Counted from the first letter of the stretch, positions 29,459 through 39,784 are shown. The stretch is DNA of 41,765 nucleotides from Candidatus Cellulosilyticum pullistercoris (GCA_018883705.1 JAHLFQ010000022.1:1-41765); one strand, 5' to 3'. Notes: generated by a model not told the origin, from the letters alone. Numbers and translations are program-made.

Positions 29459-29794
29459 ATGATTAAGGTTACCCTTTATGAAAATAACAACCATGTGTAT
29501 AGAATACATCTTGAAGGTCATTCAGGATATGCTGAGCATGGTAATGACATTATTTGTGCTGCTGTTAGTATGCTAACGTTTAACACAATTAATGCAATCG
29601 AATGTTTTACAGATGAGCCTTTTGAGGTACTAGCTGTAGATGAAAAAAAAGGGCTGATTGATGTCATGTTTACAAAGCGTCAAGCAGGTAAATATGAACC
29701 AGAAGCCGAACTTCTCATAAGAACTCTTATACTGGGTCTTATGGATACGAAGGAAATGTACGGAGAAAAATACATTCAAATTCATAAACAATAG
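29459..29794 (+). CDS. prp: Ribosomal-processing cysteine protease Prp (YsxB)
   Basis: GHSGY...DIICAAVS; lies between rplU and rpmA. Confidence 0.93.
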   Translation: MIKVTLYENNNHVYRIHLEGHSGYAEHGNDIICAAVSMLTFNTINAIECFTDEPFEVLAVDEKKGLIDVMFTKRQAGKYEPEAELLIRTLILGLMDTKEMYGEKYIQIHKQ

Positions 29795-29806
29795 GAGGTG
29801 AGTTAC

Positions 29807-30097
29807 ATGTTACGTTTAAACCTTCAATTCTTTGCTCATAAAAAAGGACAAGGTTCAACCAATAACGGTCGTGACTCAGAATCAAAACGTCTTGGTGCTA
29901 AAAGAGCAGATGGACAATTTGTAAAAGCTGGGAACATTTTATATCGTCAAAGAGGAACTAAAATCCATCCAGGTACTAACGTAGGTCGCGGTGGCGATGA
30001 TACATTATTTGCATTAGTAGATGGTACAGTTAAATTTGAACGTAAAGGTAGAGACAGAAAACAAGTTTCTGTTTATCCAGTTGCACAAGAAGCATAA
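29807..30097 (+). CDS. rpmA: 50S ribosomal protein L27 with Prp-cleaved N-terminal extension
   Basis: [14 protein letters not shown]...NGRDS...RQRGT; RBS aggaggtg. Confidence 0.98.
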   Translation: MLRLNLQFFAHKKGQGSTNNGRDSESKRLGAKRADGQFVKAGNILYRQRGTKIHPGTNVGRGGDDTLFALVDGTVKFERKGRDRKQVSVYPVAQEA

Positions 30098-30107
30098 TTT
30101 AATTGGG

Positions 30108-30141
30108 GAAGGTTTCAGCATTGGTTGAAACCTTCTTTTTT
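30108..30141 (+). terminator. Rho-independent terminator
   Basis: gaaggtttcagc-attg-gttgaaaccttc followed by a T-tract. Confidence 0.85.
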
Positions 30142-30237
30142 CTGTATTAAGAATCAATAACAACCATGCAGTGAAAAGCATTCTACTGTGTAAAAATGTA
30201 TTTGTTGTGCAAACTATATTAAGAAGGGAGTGACAAC

Positions 30238-31515
30238 ATGTTTGTAGATAAAGTTAAAATCTTTGTAAGATCGGGAAAAGGTGGCGATGGCCACGTATCA
30301 TTTAGACGTGAAAAATATATACCCAATGGAGGACCAGATGGCGGAGATGGTGGTCGTGGGGGGCACGTTATTTTTGAAGTAGATCCAGGGTGCAACACAC
30401 TTATGAATTTTAGGCATAAGCGTCATTATAAAGCTGCTGATGGTGAAGAAGGTGGCAAAAAGAGATGTCATGGTAAGGATGCGGAAGATTTAGTGATTAA
30501 AGTACCACTAGGAACAGTCATTAGAGAAGCTGAAACGAATCATGTCATTGCAGACATGCATCGAGTAGGACAAAAGGAAATTATTTTTAAAGGTGGCAGA
30601 GGCGGTAGAGGAAATCAACATTTTGCTACGCCAACAAGACAAGCACCACGTTATGCAGAAAAAGGTAAACCAGCAAAAGAGTATTGGCTTATTCTTGAAC
30701 TTAAAATGATTGCAGATGTAGGGCTTGTAGGATTCCCTAATGTAGGGAAATCTACATTACTTTCAATGGTAAGTAATGCACAACCTAAAATTGCAAATTA
30801 TCATTTTACAACCCTTGCTCCAAATCTTGGAGTTGTAACGAATCAATATGGTAAACAGTTTGTAATGGCAGATATTCCAGGTATTATTGAAGGCGCTTCA
30901 GAAGGCGTAGGTTTAGGGCATGATTTCTTACGTCATGTTGAACGTACAAAGGTTCTTTTACATGTAGTGGATGCAGCTGGTACAGAAGGAAGAGACCCTA
31001 TTGCTGATATCTATGCGATTCAAAAAGAAATTGAACTATTTAATCCTAATATTCTAAAAGAAAAACCACAGATTATTGCGGCTAATAAAATTGACGTAGG
31101 TGGTTGTGAGGAAAATATTGCAGCACTTAAATCAGAATTTGAACCAAAAGGCATTAAAGTCATTCCAATTTCTGCAGCAGCAAATAATAACTTACAAGAT
31201 TTATTAAAAGAGGTAGCTGAGCTTCTTGAACAAACTCCAACAGATGTTGTAATCTTTGAACCTGAATTTGAAGAAATTAGTTTAATGCCAAATGAACCAT
31301 TTACTATTACAGAACCACACGAAGGCTATTTTGTAGTTGAAGGTGAAGGCATTAGACGTATGATGGGTTATACAGCATTAGATACAGAGCAAGGTTTTGC
31401 ATTTTTCCAGAAATATCTGCGTGAAAAAGATATTATTAAAGCACTTGAAGAAGCAGGTATACAAGAAGGCGATACGGTTAATATTTATGACCTAGAGTTT
31501 GAATATTTTAAATAA
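30238..31515 (+). CDS. obgE: GTPase ObgE/CgtA
   Basis: Gly-rich Obg domain, GFPNVGKST, YHFTT, DIPG, NKID and a C-terminal OCT domain. Confidence 0.98.
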   Translation: MFVDKVKIFVRSGKGGDGHVSFRREKYIPNGGPDGGDGGRGGHVIFEVDPGCNTLMNFRHKRHYKAADGEEGGKKRCHGKDAEDLVIKVPLGTVIREAETNHVIADMHRVGQKEIIFKGGRGGRGNQHFATPTRQAPRYAEKGKPAKEYWLILELKMIADVGLVGFPNVGKSTLLSMVSNAQPKIANYHFTTLAPNLGVVTNQYGKQFVMADIPGIIEGASEGVGLGHDFLRHVERTKVLLHVVDAAGTEGRDPIADIYAIQKEIELFNPNILKEKPQIIAANKIDVGGCEENIAALKSEFEPKGIKVIPISAAANNNLQDLLKEVAELLEQTPTDVVIFEPEFEEISLMPNEPFTITEPHEGYFVVEGEGIRRMMGYTALDTEQGFAFFQKYLREKDIIKALEEAGIQEGDTVNIYDLEFEYFK

Positions 31516-31532
31516 TAGATGGGAGGATATTT

Positions 31533-31829
31533 ATGGTACTTACAAGTAGACAAAGAGCTTACTTAAAATCAATTGCTCAAAAAACTGAACCTATTTTTCA
31601 AATTGGTAAAAATGGTTTAACACCTGAGGTGACAGAAGCCGTAGGACAAGCACTTGAGGCTAGAGAACTTGTTAAAATTAGTGTACTACAAAATTGTTTA
31701 GAGGACCCAAAAGATATGGCACAATGCTTGGGTGAAAGAACAAAATCAATAGTTGTACAAGTAATTGGTAAGAAAATTGTACTTTATAAACCAGCTAAGA
31801 AAAACCCTAAAATTATCTTAGCTGATTAA
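31533..31829 (+). CDS. yhbY: CRM-domain RNA-binding protein YhbY
   Basis: Motifs LTSRQRAYL, QIGKNG, RELVKI and QVIGK. Confidence 0.94.
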   Translation: MVLTSRQRAYLKSIAQKTEPIFQIGKNGLTPEVTEAVGQALEARELVKISVLQNCLEDPKDMAQCLGERTKSIVVQVIGKKIVLYKPAKKNPKIILAD

Positions 31830-31830
31830 T

Positions 31831-31869
31831 AAAAAGGTACTTGAGCGTATATGGCTTAAGTACCTTTTT
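31831..31869 (+). terminator. Rho-independent terminator
   Basis: aaaaaggtacttgagc...gcttaagtaccttttt. Confidence 0.85.
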
Positions 31870-31948
31870 AATTGTTATTTGATTTTTAAAATCTGTTCAA
31901 ATAGGGTATAATAGAAGAGAGATTGAAGCTTAAATGAGGAGAATTTTT

Positions 31949-33169
31949 ATGAATAGACAAAATAAAATAAGAAAGCTTGCTATAATGGGTGGTACTTTTG
32001 ACCCGATACATATGGGACATCTTGTAACGGCAGAAGAAGTTAGACATGAATTTCAAGTAGACGAAGTTATCTTTGTACCTACAGGCCATCCACCGCATAA
32101 GTCACATATTAATATGACAACTTGTGAGCATCGCTATTTAATGACAGTACTTGCTACGGCTGCAAATCCTTATTTTAAAGTCTCTCGTATTGAGATGGAA
32201 AGAGAAGGTGTGACCTATACGATAGATACTATTAAAGAATTAAAATGTATCTATGGCAATGAAGTAGAGCTTTACTTTATTACTGGAGCAGATGCAGTTC
32301 AAAAAATATTAAGTTGGAAAGAGTCTGAAGAATTGCTTCAAATTTGTAATTTTGTTGCAGTAACAAGACCTGGATATAATAAAGAGGAATTAATTCAACA
32401 AATTGAGGAACTTAATAAACAGTATAAAACCAATATTTATTTTTTAGAGGTACCAGCTCTGGCAATTTCTTCTTCAGATATACGTAGACGTTTAAAAGAG
32501 ATGAAACCTATCAAATACTTAGTGCCACAAGAAGTGGAAAATTATATTAAGAAGCATGAGCTTTATAATTATCAAATTCGCCTTACAGATAAAGAGAAGG
32601 AAGAGATGTATCAGTATGTAGCTTCTAAACTTTCTCCTAAACGTTATGCTCATACAAGAGGCGTTGTAGAGATGGCATTAGAGTATGCAAAACTTAATGG
32701 ATTAGATTATGATGAAACTTTTATAGCCGCACTATTTCATGATATTGCAAAAGAAATTTCAGCTGAAGAAAGTTTAGCATTATGTGAAAAATATCATATT
32801 GAGTTAGATGAATATGAGAAAAAGAACATCTATTTAGCTCATGGTAAAATAGGCGCAGTTATTTTAGAAAGAGACTGGGGAATTTCTAAGCCATCCATTT
32901 TAAATGGTATAAAATATCATACTTTAGGTAGACTAAATATGACTGATTTAGAAAAAGTTATTTATTTAGCAGATATGACGGAGGAAGGAAGAAGTGCTTA
33001 TAAAGAAAAAGAAGAAATTAAGCGATTGGCCCAATATAATTTAGACCGCGCTATGTATAAAGCACTAACTTCGTCTTATAACTATATAACGAATATCTTG
33101 AAAAAAGAGGTTCATCCAATTATTAATGAACTCATTGATTATTATAAGCAATTTGATATTCCAGAATAA
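31949..33169 (+). CDS. nadD: Fusion of nicotinate-nucleotide adenylyltransferase NadD and YqeK HD-domain Ap4A hydrolase
   Basis: N-terminal [23 protein letters not shown]; C-terminal RYAH, HDIAK, HG, YHT, LAD. Start placed by RBS gaggag. Confidence 0.92.
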   Translation: MNRQNKIRKLAIMGGTFDPIHMGHLVTAEEVRHEFQVDEVIFVPTGHPPHKSHINMTTCEHRYLMTVLATAANPYFKVSRIEMEREGVTYTIDTIKELKCIYGNEVELYFITGADAVQKILSWKESEELLQICNFVAVTRPGYNKEELIQQIEELNKQYKTNIYFLEVPALAISSSDIRRRLKEMKPIKYLVPQEVENYIKKHELYNYQIRLTDKEKEEMYQYVASKLSPKRYAHTRGVVEMALEYAKLNGLDYDETFIAALFHDIAKEISAEESLALCEKYHIELDEYEKKNIYLAHGKIGAVILERDWGISKPSILNGIKYHTLGRLNMTDLEKVIYLADMTEEGRSAYKEKEEIKRLAQYNLDRAMYKALTSSYNYITNILKKEVHPIINELIDYYKQFDIPE

Positions 33170-33184
33170 CTAAAGGAGTAAGAA

Positions 33185-34150
33185 ATGTTATTACAAGTCA
33201 TCATTTTAACAATTAGTTTTTTTGTGCTGATTAAAGGCGCAGATACTTTTGTTGAAAGTGCATCAGCAGTAGCTAAGCATTTGAATGTACCAGATATTTT
33301 GATTGGTTTAACTATTGTAGCTTTTGGGACAAGTGCGCCAGAAGCCTCAGTCAGTATAAGGGCAGTTTTAGCAGAAAATAGTGATATGGTACTGGGAAAT
33401 ATTATAGGAAGTAATATTCTTAATATCCTTTTAATACTGGGTATATCATCAATTATTGCACCTATTAGAGTACAAGATAGTACGATCAAAAAAGAAATTC
33501 CTTTCTTATTTTTGGTTTCATTACTAATGGGGATATTACTTATGGATACCACATTAGGAGAAGGTACTATTAATATGATTTCACGCTCAGATGGTTTTGT
33601 TATTTTAATTTTCTTTACTATTTTTATATATTACTTAGTAACATTAGCAAAGAATGGACAGTCAGAAGAAATTGAAACAAAGTATTCCCTAAAACAAGCC
33701 ATTTTATATACTATTTTGGGTCTAGCAGCCATTGTAATAGGTGGAGATTATGTGGTAGATTCAGCTACTCATATAGCTGTTTACCTTGGAGTAGGACAAA
33801 AGTTTATTGCACTTACCATTGTAGCGCTAGGAACTTCGCTTCCTGAACTCGTTACTTCAATTACAGCAGCAAGAAAAGGGAAACAAGACTTGGCAATTGG
33901 AAATGTTATTGGGAGTAATATCTTTAATATCTGTTTTGTAGCAGGTTTTCCAGCTGCTTTTTTAGGAAATATTATTCCATCTACATCTGTTACTTTAGAT
34001 TTAATAGTCATGATCTTAGCTACAGTTCTATTATTTTTCTTTAGTTATTCTAATAAAAAAATATCAAAAGGTGAAGGAATTAGTTTTTTAGTAATATTCG
34101 TACTCTACTATGGGTATCTCATTATATCACAGCTTGGTGGAATTTATTAA
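33185..34150 (+). CDS. Calcium/sodium antiporter (CaCA, YrbG-like)
   Basis: Alpha repeats GTSAPE...GSNI and GTSLPE...GSNI. Confidence 0.93.
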   Translation: MLLQVIILTISFFVLIKGADTFVESASAVAKHLNVPDILIGLTIVAFGTSAPEASVSIRAVLAENSDMVLGNIIGSNILNILLILGISSIIAPIRVQDSTIKKEIPFLFLVSLLMGILLMDTTLGEGTINMISRSDGFVILIFFTIFIYYLVTLAKNGQSEEIETKYSLKQAILYTILGLAAIVIGGDYVVDSATHIAVYLGVGQKFIALTIVALGTSLPELVTSITAARKGKQDLAIGNVIGSNIFNICFVAGFPAAFLGNIIPSTSVTLDLIVMILATVLLFFFSYSNKKISKGEGISFLVIFVLYYGYLIISQLGGIY

Positions 34151-34166
34151 AGGGGGAAATAAGGTA

Positions 34167-34529
34167 TTGAATAAGACAACTTATATACTTGGAAAACAAA
34201 TTGTGAAGGCACTAGAGAATAAGAAAGCTATTACAGTAGAAGCTCTCGATGTACACAATCTAACATCACTTGCTGATATATTTATTATTGCAATTGCATC
34301 AAATATAAGACAAACACAAGCAATGGCAGATGAAGTGGAAGATTTACTGGCAATGGAAGGACACTTACCTATTCATAAAGAAGGCTATCAGTCTGCAACA
34401 TGGATATTATTAGATTATGGAGAAGTGATTGTTAACATTTTGGAAGAAGAAAATGCACAGTTTTATGGATTAAGTCGATTATGGAAAGATGCTACGATAA
34501 TAGATTATAAAGAAAAAGAGAATGTCTAG
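34167..34529 (+). CDS. rsfS: Ribosome silencing factor RsfS (probable TTG start)
   Basis: Motifs KKA, DIFII, WILLDYG and FYGLSRLW. Confidence 0.92.
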   Translation: MNKTTYILGKQIVKALENKKAITVEALDVHNLTSLADIFIIAIASNIRQTQAMADEVEDLLAMEGHLPIHKEGYQSATWILLDYGEVIVNILEEENAQFYGLSRLWKDATIIDYKEKENV

Positions 34530-34559
34530 GACATTCTCTTTTTCTTTATAATCTATTAT
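34497..34559. terminator. Perfect 30-bp inverted repeat, probable bidirectional terminator between convergent rsfS and dac
   Basis: ataatagattataaagaaaaagagaatgtc-TAG-gacattctctttttctttataatctattat. Confidence 0.8.
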
Positions 34560-35854
34560 TTAAATAATCTATTAATCTTAGAATATCTTTTACGCATGTT
34601 TCTTCGCCTGATCATTAATAGGATAATTACTACAATAAAAATAACAATTAGTACCATAATTATCTTGAAGAGATGAGAAGAAGAGTATGTTGAATAAAAA
34701 TTTAAATTAGGCTCTGGTAGGGAATCTAATTGTTTAACAATGAGTGGATATTTACTTAATAGTTTAGAATTTAACATGAAAGATACACTACCAACAACAT
34801 CGCCCATTTTAACATTACTATCAAGCTTATCTGGTAAATCAAAGGAAAGTTCAATATCGTCTTTAGTGATGGTATTAAGCACAATTGCAGAAACATCTTC
34901 AGCTAAACCTAAGCCAGAATTTGCTGATTGATAAACTTGTCCACTTTTTACAGTATAGACAGGAAGTGTTTTTAAAATATCGTCAGCTGTATAGAGCGTT
35001 AGAGAATGATAAGAATCAAATCCATAATCTAATAACTGTGCTGTATCTGTATAAAGTGAATCTCTTTCAGACTGTAAAATAACAGCAACTAGAGTCGTGT
35101 CACCTTGTTTTGCCATGGTTACAAGTGTGTGACGTGCCTCATCTGTATAGCCAGTTTTACCACCTATAACATCTTCACGATAAATAGTAGCATCTCTTAA
35201 AGGATTAAGCATTTTATGTTGTTGATAAAGATAACGGGTTTCATCTGTTTTATTAGTACTAGGAATTTCATAGCTTGAATCCTTCATGATTTGGAGAAAG
35301 TATTCATTTTCAGCTAAATAGCTACCAATTAAGGCCATATCATAAGCGGTTGTATAGTGATCTACATTGTGTAATCCATGAGGATTTACAAAATGAGTAT
35401 TAAGGGCACCTAGCTCTTTAGCGCGTTCAGTCATACGTTCTGCAAAGGCATCTATTGAACCACTTACTGCTTCAGCAAGACCATTTGCAACTTCATTAGC
35501 AGACATAAGGAGTAGACCGTGTAGTGCTTGGTCTACTGTTAACTGCTCACCTACATTTATACCGATGTGACTACTACCCGGTTCAATACCAAAGATAGCC
35601 TCCTCAGAAAAGGTAATCGTATCATTAGGTGACAAATTTTCGATAGATAGTAGAGCAGTCATTAATTTAGTGATACTTGCAGGATAATGTTTATCATATC
35701 CATTTTTTTCATATAAAACAGTTTTTGTATTAGCATCTATTAGAATAGCAGACTCTGCAGTAATATTAGGCTCTATTAACTCAGCTTTAAGAGGTAAAAA
35801 AGAAAAGATAAGCAACATACTTATAAATAAGCTTGTTCGTTGTTTTTTATTCAT
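34556..35854 (-). CDS. D-alanyl-D-alanine carboxypeptidase (peptidase S11) with a C-terminal membrane anchor
   Basis: Signal peptide, SITK (SxxK), SAN, NPHGL, KTG, C-terminal TM segment and basic tail. RBS aaggag. Confidence 0.93.
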   Translation of the reverse strand: MNKKQRTSLFISMLLIFSFLPLKAELIEPNITAESAILIDANTKTVLYEKNGYDKHYPASITKLMTALLSIENLSPNDTITFSEEAIFGIEPGSSHIGINVGEQLTVDQALHGLLLMSANEVANGLAEAVSGSIDAFAERMTERAKELGALNTHFVNPHGLHNVDHYTTAYDMALIGSYLAENEYFLQIMKDSSYEIPSTNKTDETRYLYQQHKMLNPLRDATIYREDVIGGKTGYTDEARHTLVTMAKQGDTTLVAVILQSERDSLYTDTAQLLDYGFDSYHSLTLYTADDILKTLPVYTVKSGQVYQSANSGLGLAEDVSAIVLNTITKDDIELSFDLPDKLDSNVKMGDVVGSVSFMLNSKLLSKYPLIVKQLDSLPEPNLNFYSTYSSSHLFKIIMVLIVIFIVVIILLMIRRRNMRKRYSKINRLFK

Positions 35855-35880
35855 ACAAAAAACTCCTTTCAATGTTAATT

Positions 35881-35909
35881 AGTATAACAGATTTTATAAT
35901 ATTTAGTAA
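35881..35909 (-). promoter_or_regulatory. Putative sigmaA promoter of the carboxypeptidase gene
   Basis: Minus strand TTACTA-17 nt-TATACT with extended -10 TG. Confidence 0.55.
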
Positions 35910-35965
35910 GAGAAAAGTCTATTTTATTAAAAAAATGTTAAAACTTTAGGTGGAGGATGATAAAA

Positions 35966-36697
35966 ATGACAGCATATATAAAAGAGAATAAATGGATCAT
36001 TATTTTAATAAGTTTTATAATCACAAATATTGGATGGATGGTCTATAGCCATGAGATGAATCAAGATACAATACAGTTAGAGAAGGGAGATCTTACTTTA
36101 ACACAGAAAGAATATGAAATAAGCGAAGAAATTAGGCAAGACAAAATCATAAGCACTGAAGAAAAAGAAGTTGTACAACCTATAGAGGTAAGGGATGAAG
36201 CGACTTCTATCATAGAAATGGTGGAGGAAGTTGAGGTACCAGTTTATATTTGTGGTGAGGTTAGAAGACCGGGTGTCTATTATGTTCCTGTTCATGCAAT
36301 CATTAATGATGTCATTGAAAAGTGCGGTGGTTTTACTGATGAAGCCGATCCAATAGCTATCAATCTGGCAAGTTCTATTGTTCCTAATGAAAAAATAATT
36401 GTGCCTAAGATAGGTGAAGAAATTGACAAATTAATGGATTCGTATGACAATAGAGAAAGGATTGAATCAAATTTCGTTTTATCCCAAGCTGATAGAAATC
36501 AAAGTATACTTATTAATCTAAATACAGCAACAAAGGAACAATTGATGACGCTTAATGGAATTGGGGAAGTGAAAGCAGCAGCAATAGTGGCTTATAGACA
36601 AGAAAAGGGTATGTTTAACTCAGTTGATGAGATTAAAAACATTTCAGGTATTGGGGAAAAAACGTTTGAAAAAATTAAACAATTCATTACCACATAA
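35966..36697 (+). CDS. comEA: Competence DNA receptor ComEA
   Basis: N-terminal TM segment, SLBB domain (VYICGEVRRPGVY) and HhH motifs (INLNTAT, GIGEVKA, GIGEKT). Start placed by RBS ggagg. Confidence 0.92.
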   Translation: MTAYIKENKWIIILISFIITNIGWMVYSHEMNQDTIQLEKGDLTLTQKEYEISEEIRQDKIISTEEKEVVQPIEVRDEATSIIEMVEEVEVPVYICGEVRRPGVYYVPVHAIINDVIEKCGGFTDEADPIAINLASSIVPNEKIIVPKIGEEIDKLMDSYDNRERIESNFVLSQADRNQSILINLNTATKEQLMTLNGIGEVKAAAIVAYRQEKGMFNSVDEIKNISGIGEKTFEKIKQFITT

Positions 36698-36721
36698 TAA
36701 AGATAAAGAGGAGGAGCGTAT

Positions 36722-37408
36722 ATGAACAGTAGAATTTTAGTTGTTGACGATGAAAAACTTATTGTGAAAGGTATAAAATTTAGCCTTGAACAAGAAGGAT
36801 GGACAGTAGATACTGCTTATGATGGAGAAGAAGCACTTAATAGTGTAAAGAATAACAAATATGATGCTATGATCTTAGATGTGATGCTACCTAAGTATGA
36901 TGGGTTACAAGTGTGTCAACTTGTTAGGGAATTTTCAAATTTGCCAATCATTATGCTCACAGCAAAAGGTGAGGATATGGATAAAATTATGGGGCTTGAA
37001 TATGGCGCTGATGATTATGTAACGAAACCTTTTAATATTTTAGAGCTTAAGGCACGTATTAAGGCTATTTTACGACGCTCACAACATATTGAGAAAGTTC
37101 CACAAAAGAAAACAATCGAAGTAGGTGATTTAAGATTAGAAATTAGCAGCAGACGTGTTTTTATAAAGAATCAAGAAATGAATTTAACAGCTAAAGAATT
37201 TGATATGTTAGAACTGTTTGCAATGCATCCAGGCAAAGTATATAGTCGCGATCAATTACTGGATACAATTTGGGGCAAAGAATATCCTGGAGATGTACGT
37301 ACTGTAGATGTTCATGTAAGAAGATTACGTGAGAAAATAGAGCCAAATCCTGGACAACCTGAATATATTTATACAAAATGGGGGGTTGGTTACTATTTTA
37401 AAGATTAA
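36722..37408 (+). CDS. OmpR/PhoB-family response regulator (WalR-like DNA-binding domain)
   Basis: Motifs VVDDE, LDVMLP, GADDYVTKPF, RTVDVHVRRLREKIE and WGVGY. Confidence 0.95.
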   Translation: MNSRILVVDDEKLIVKGIKFSLEQEGWTVDTAYDGEEALNSVKNNKYDAMILDVMLPKYDGLQVCQLVREFSNLPIIMLTAKGEDMDKIMGLEYGADDYVTKPFNILELKARIKAILRRSQHIEKVPQKKTIEVGDLRLEISSRRVFIKNQEMNLTAKEFDMLELFAMHPGKVYSRDQLLDTIWGKEYPGDVRTVDVHVRRLREKIEPNPGQPEYIYTKWGVGYYFKD

Positions 37409-37409
37409 G

Positions 37410-38837
37410 ATGAAATGGTTTCATAGTTTAAGATGGCGCCTTCTTATTTTATTTTTTCTTGTGAGCTATATTCCGCTTATGTTTTTTTCATCAGTATTAC
37501 TTGAGCGCATGGAGAGTTATTATTTAGAAGAAAGTAAAGAGGCTAAAATAAAACAAGCCAATATGATTGCGACACAGATTAAGGAAGAAAATTACTTAGT
37601 AGATAATAGTAATAGTAGTTTATTTAAAGCGCTCATTACTAATAAAAGTAATGAAAATAATGGTCGTGTCTTAGTAGTAGATGCTTCAGGATTTGTTGTA
37701 ATGGATTCAAGTGATGCAGCCATTAATATGACACTTATGAATAGTACAGTACTTTCAGCTCTAAATAACCAGAAAGCTGCCGAGAAGTATGAAGATCTGC
37801 CTGTCATGATCGCGTCTGTACCTGTTTTAGATAAAGATAAGAAGGTCGTAGTAGGTGCAGTTGTATTGGTAACTTCGATAGAAGATGTTTTCCTGCCTAT
37901 TAAAGATTTGAAGTCACAGGTTAATTTACTTTCTTTGATAATTGCTCTTTTAGCTGGATTAATGAGCTTTGCAACATCATCTTTTATTACAAAACCACTT
38001 AAAACGCTAATGAAATTCGTTCAAAAAATTACAAATGGTCAACTTGATCAGAAAGTCAATGTAGTAGGTAATGATGAAATAGCAGAACTAGGTAATGCTT
38101 TTAATCATATGGCCGAGCAACTTCAACGAGTTGAACAATCTAGGCAAGAGTTTGTATCCAATGTGTCACATGAGCTTAAGACTCCGCTTTCCTCAATTAA
38201 AGTTTTAACGGAATCACTCATGTTTCAAGAGGATGTACCAGTTGAAATGTATAAAGAATTTTTCGAGGATATTAACTCAGAAGTAGATCGTCTAAATAGT
38301 ATTATCTCAGATTTATTAACCTTAGTAAGGCTTGATCAAAGAGAGATTCCTTTAAATATTACAGAAGTTAATCTAAATGAGATGATACAGAATTTATTAA
38401 AACGTTTAGCGCCATTGGCAAAGAAAAAAAATATAAATCTTATTTATGAAAGTCACCGAGAAGTAATAGCTGAAATTGATATGGTCAAACTAAGTTTAGC
38501 TCTAACTAATTTAGTTGAAAATGCGATTAAGTATACACCAGAGGGTGGAGAAGTAACTGTTATTTTGCAAGGGGATTTACAAGATGCCATTATTACAGTA
38601 CAAGATACTGGAATTGGGATTGCCAAAGAGGAACAATCACGTATATTTGAACGTTTTTATCGTACAGATAAAACAAGAAATAGAGAAACAGGTGGAACTG
38701 GCCTTGGATTAGCCATTACCTATAAGACAATTGTCATGCATAATGGTTCTATCGTGGTTGAAAGTGAAGAAGGAAAAGGTTCTACATTTAGTGCTCAAAT
38801 TCCACTGAGACATGTGTGGGAAGGAGGCACAAAGTAA
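37410..38837 (+). CDS. Sensor histidine kinase (2 TM, extracytoplasmic domain, HAMP, HisKA, HATPase)
   Basis: Motifs SHELKTPL, NAIKY, DTGIGI, IFERFYR and GTGLGL. Confidence 0.95.
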   Translation: MKWFHSLRWRLLILFFLVSYIPLMFFSSVLLERMESYYLEESKEAKIKQANMIATQIKEENYLVDNSNSSLFKALITNKSNENNGRVLVVDASGFVVMDSSDAAINMTLMNSTVLSALNNQKAAEKYEDLPVMIASVPVLDKDKKVVVGAVVLVTSIEDVFLPIKDLKSQVNLLSLIIALLAGLMSFATSSFITKPLKTLMKFVQKITNGQLDQKVNVVGNDEIAELGNAFNHMAEQLQRVEQSRQEFVSNVSHELKTPLSSIKVLTESLMFQEDVPVEMYKEFFEDINSEVDRLNSIISDLLTLVRLDQREIPLNITEVNLNEMIQNLLKRLAPLAKKKNINLIYESHREVIAEIDMVKLSLALTNLVENAIKYTPEGGEVTVILQGDLQDAIITVQDTGIGIAKEEQSRIFERFYRTDKTRNRETGGTGLGLAITYKTIVMHNGSIVVESEEGKGSTFSAQIPLRHVWEGGTK

Positions 38838-39784
38838 TGAAAAGAAGAGGCATATGCACTATCTTATTTTTTATGTTATTACTTATTGTATTTGCAGGTT
38901 GTGAAACAATGGACAATAAATTAATAAGTAATAAGAAGCTTTATTTTTTTGATACAACAAGAAATATACTTGTAAGTGAGGCACTTCCAGAAGAATTTAC
39001 TAAATTACAAGATAATCAAGAAAAAGTTAAGTATATTATTACCCGTTTAAAAGACAATAAAAGCTCGGTGACAACGACGTTTCAGGCAGGACCAGAGATG
39101 CCTATTGAAAGTCAGGGGATTAAAGACCGTGTGGTAACCATTCACTTTAGTGAAGCCTATAATGATCTAACTGCAGTAGAAAAGATAGGGATGAGAGCAT
39201 CTCTTGTTTATTCTTTAGCAGAACTTGATTTTATTGATGGTGTTAATTTTTATATAGAAGAAACGCCATTGACGACAGCTACGGGGAGATTGGTGGGAAC
39301 TGTTTATCCAAGCAATATTAACAAAGATATACTTGACCCTAATCCTGCAACTATACCGTATACTTTATCTGTATATTTTGCTAATGAGGAAGGTAAATTG
39401 GTAAAAGAAGAACATAGCGTACGTGTAAGTAATCCAAATGCAGTAGAGAAAACTATATTAGAAGAACTGATTAAAGGACCTAATTCTGATACACTTTCAA
39501 GAACTGTACCAAGTGACATGAAAGTCAATGATGCAAGAACGACTAATGGCGTGTGTCAAATTGATATATCCTTTGATCCAAAATCTAAGTTTTTTGAAAA
39601 TGATAGAGATAAAGAACTGATGGTTTATTCTATTGTTAATTCATTAACCTCTGAGCCACAGATCAAAAAAGTTGTTATTTTTGTTGATGGGAAAAGCGAT
39701 GTAGAATTCACATCTGATATAGATTTTACAGATACCTTTGAAAGAAGTGAGAACTATATTAGTGAGGAAGAAATGCATTCATAA
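38837..39784 (+). CDS. GerMN-domain lipoprotein (two GerMN repeats)
   Basis: Lipobox VFAG-C; repeated SLVYSL...V-x-F and EELIKGP...SIVNSLT...KKVVIFVDG. TAATG coupling to the kinase. Confidence 0.82.
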   Translation: MKRRGICTILFFMLLLIVFAGCETMDNKLISNKKLYFFDTTRNILVSEALPEEFTKLQDNQEKVKYIITRLKDNKSSVTTTFQAGPEMPIESQGIKDRVVTIHFSEAYNDLTAVEKIGMRASLVYSLAELDFIDGVNFYIEETPLTTATGRLVGTVYPSNINKDILDPNPATIPYTLSVYFANEEGKLVKEEHSVRVSNPNAVEKTILEELIKGPNSDTLSRTVPSDMKVNDARTTNGVCQIDISFDPKSKFFENDRDKELMVYSIVNSLTSEPQIKKVVIFVDGKSDVEFTSDIDFTDTFERSENYISEEEMHS

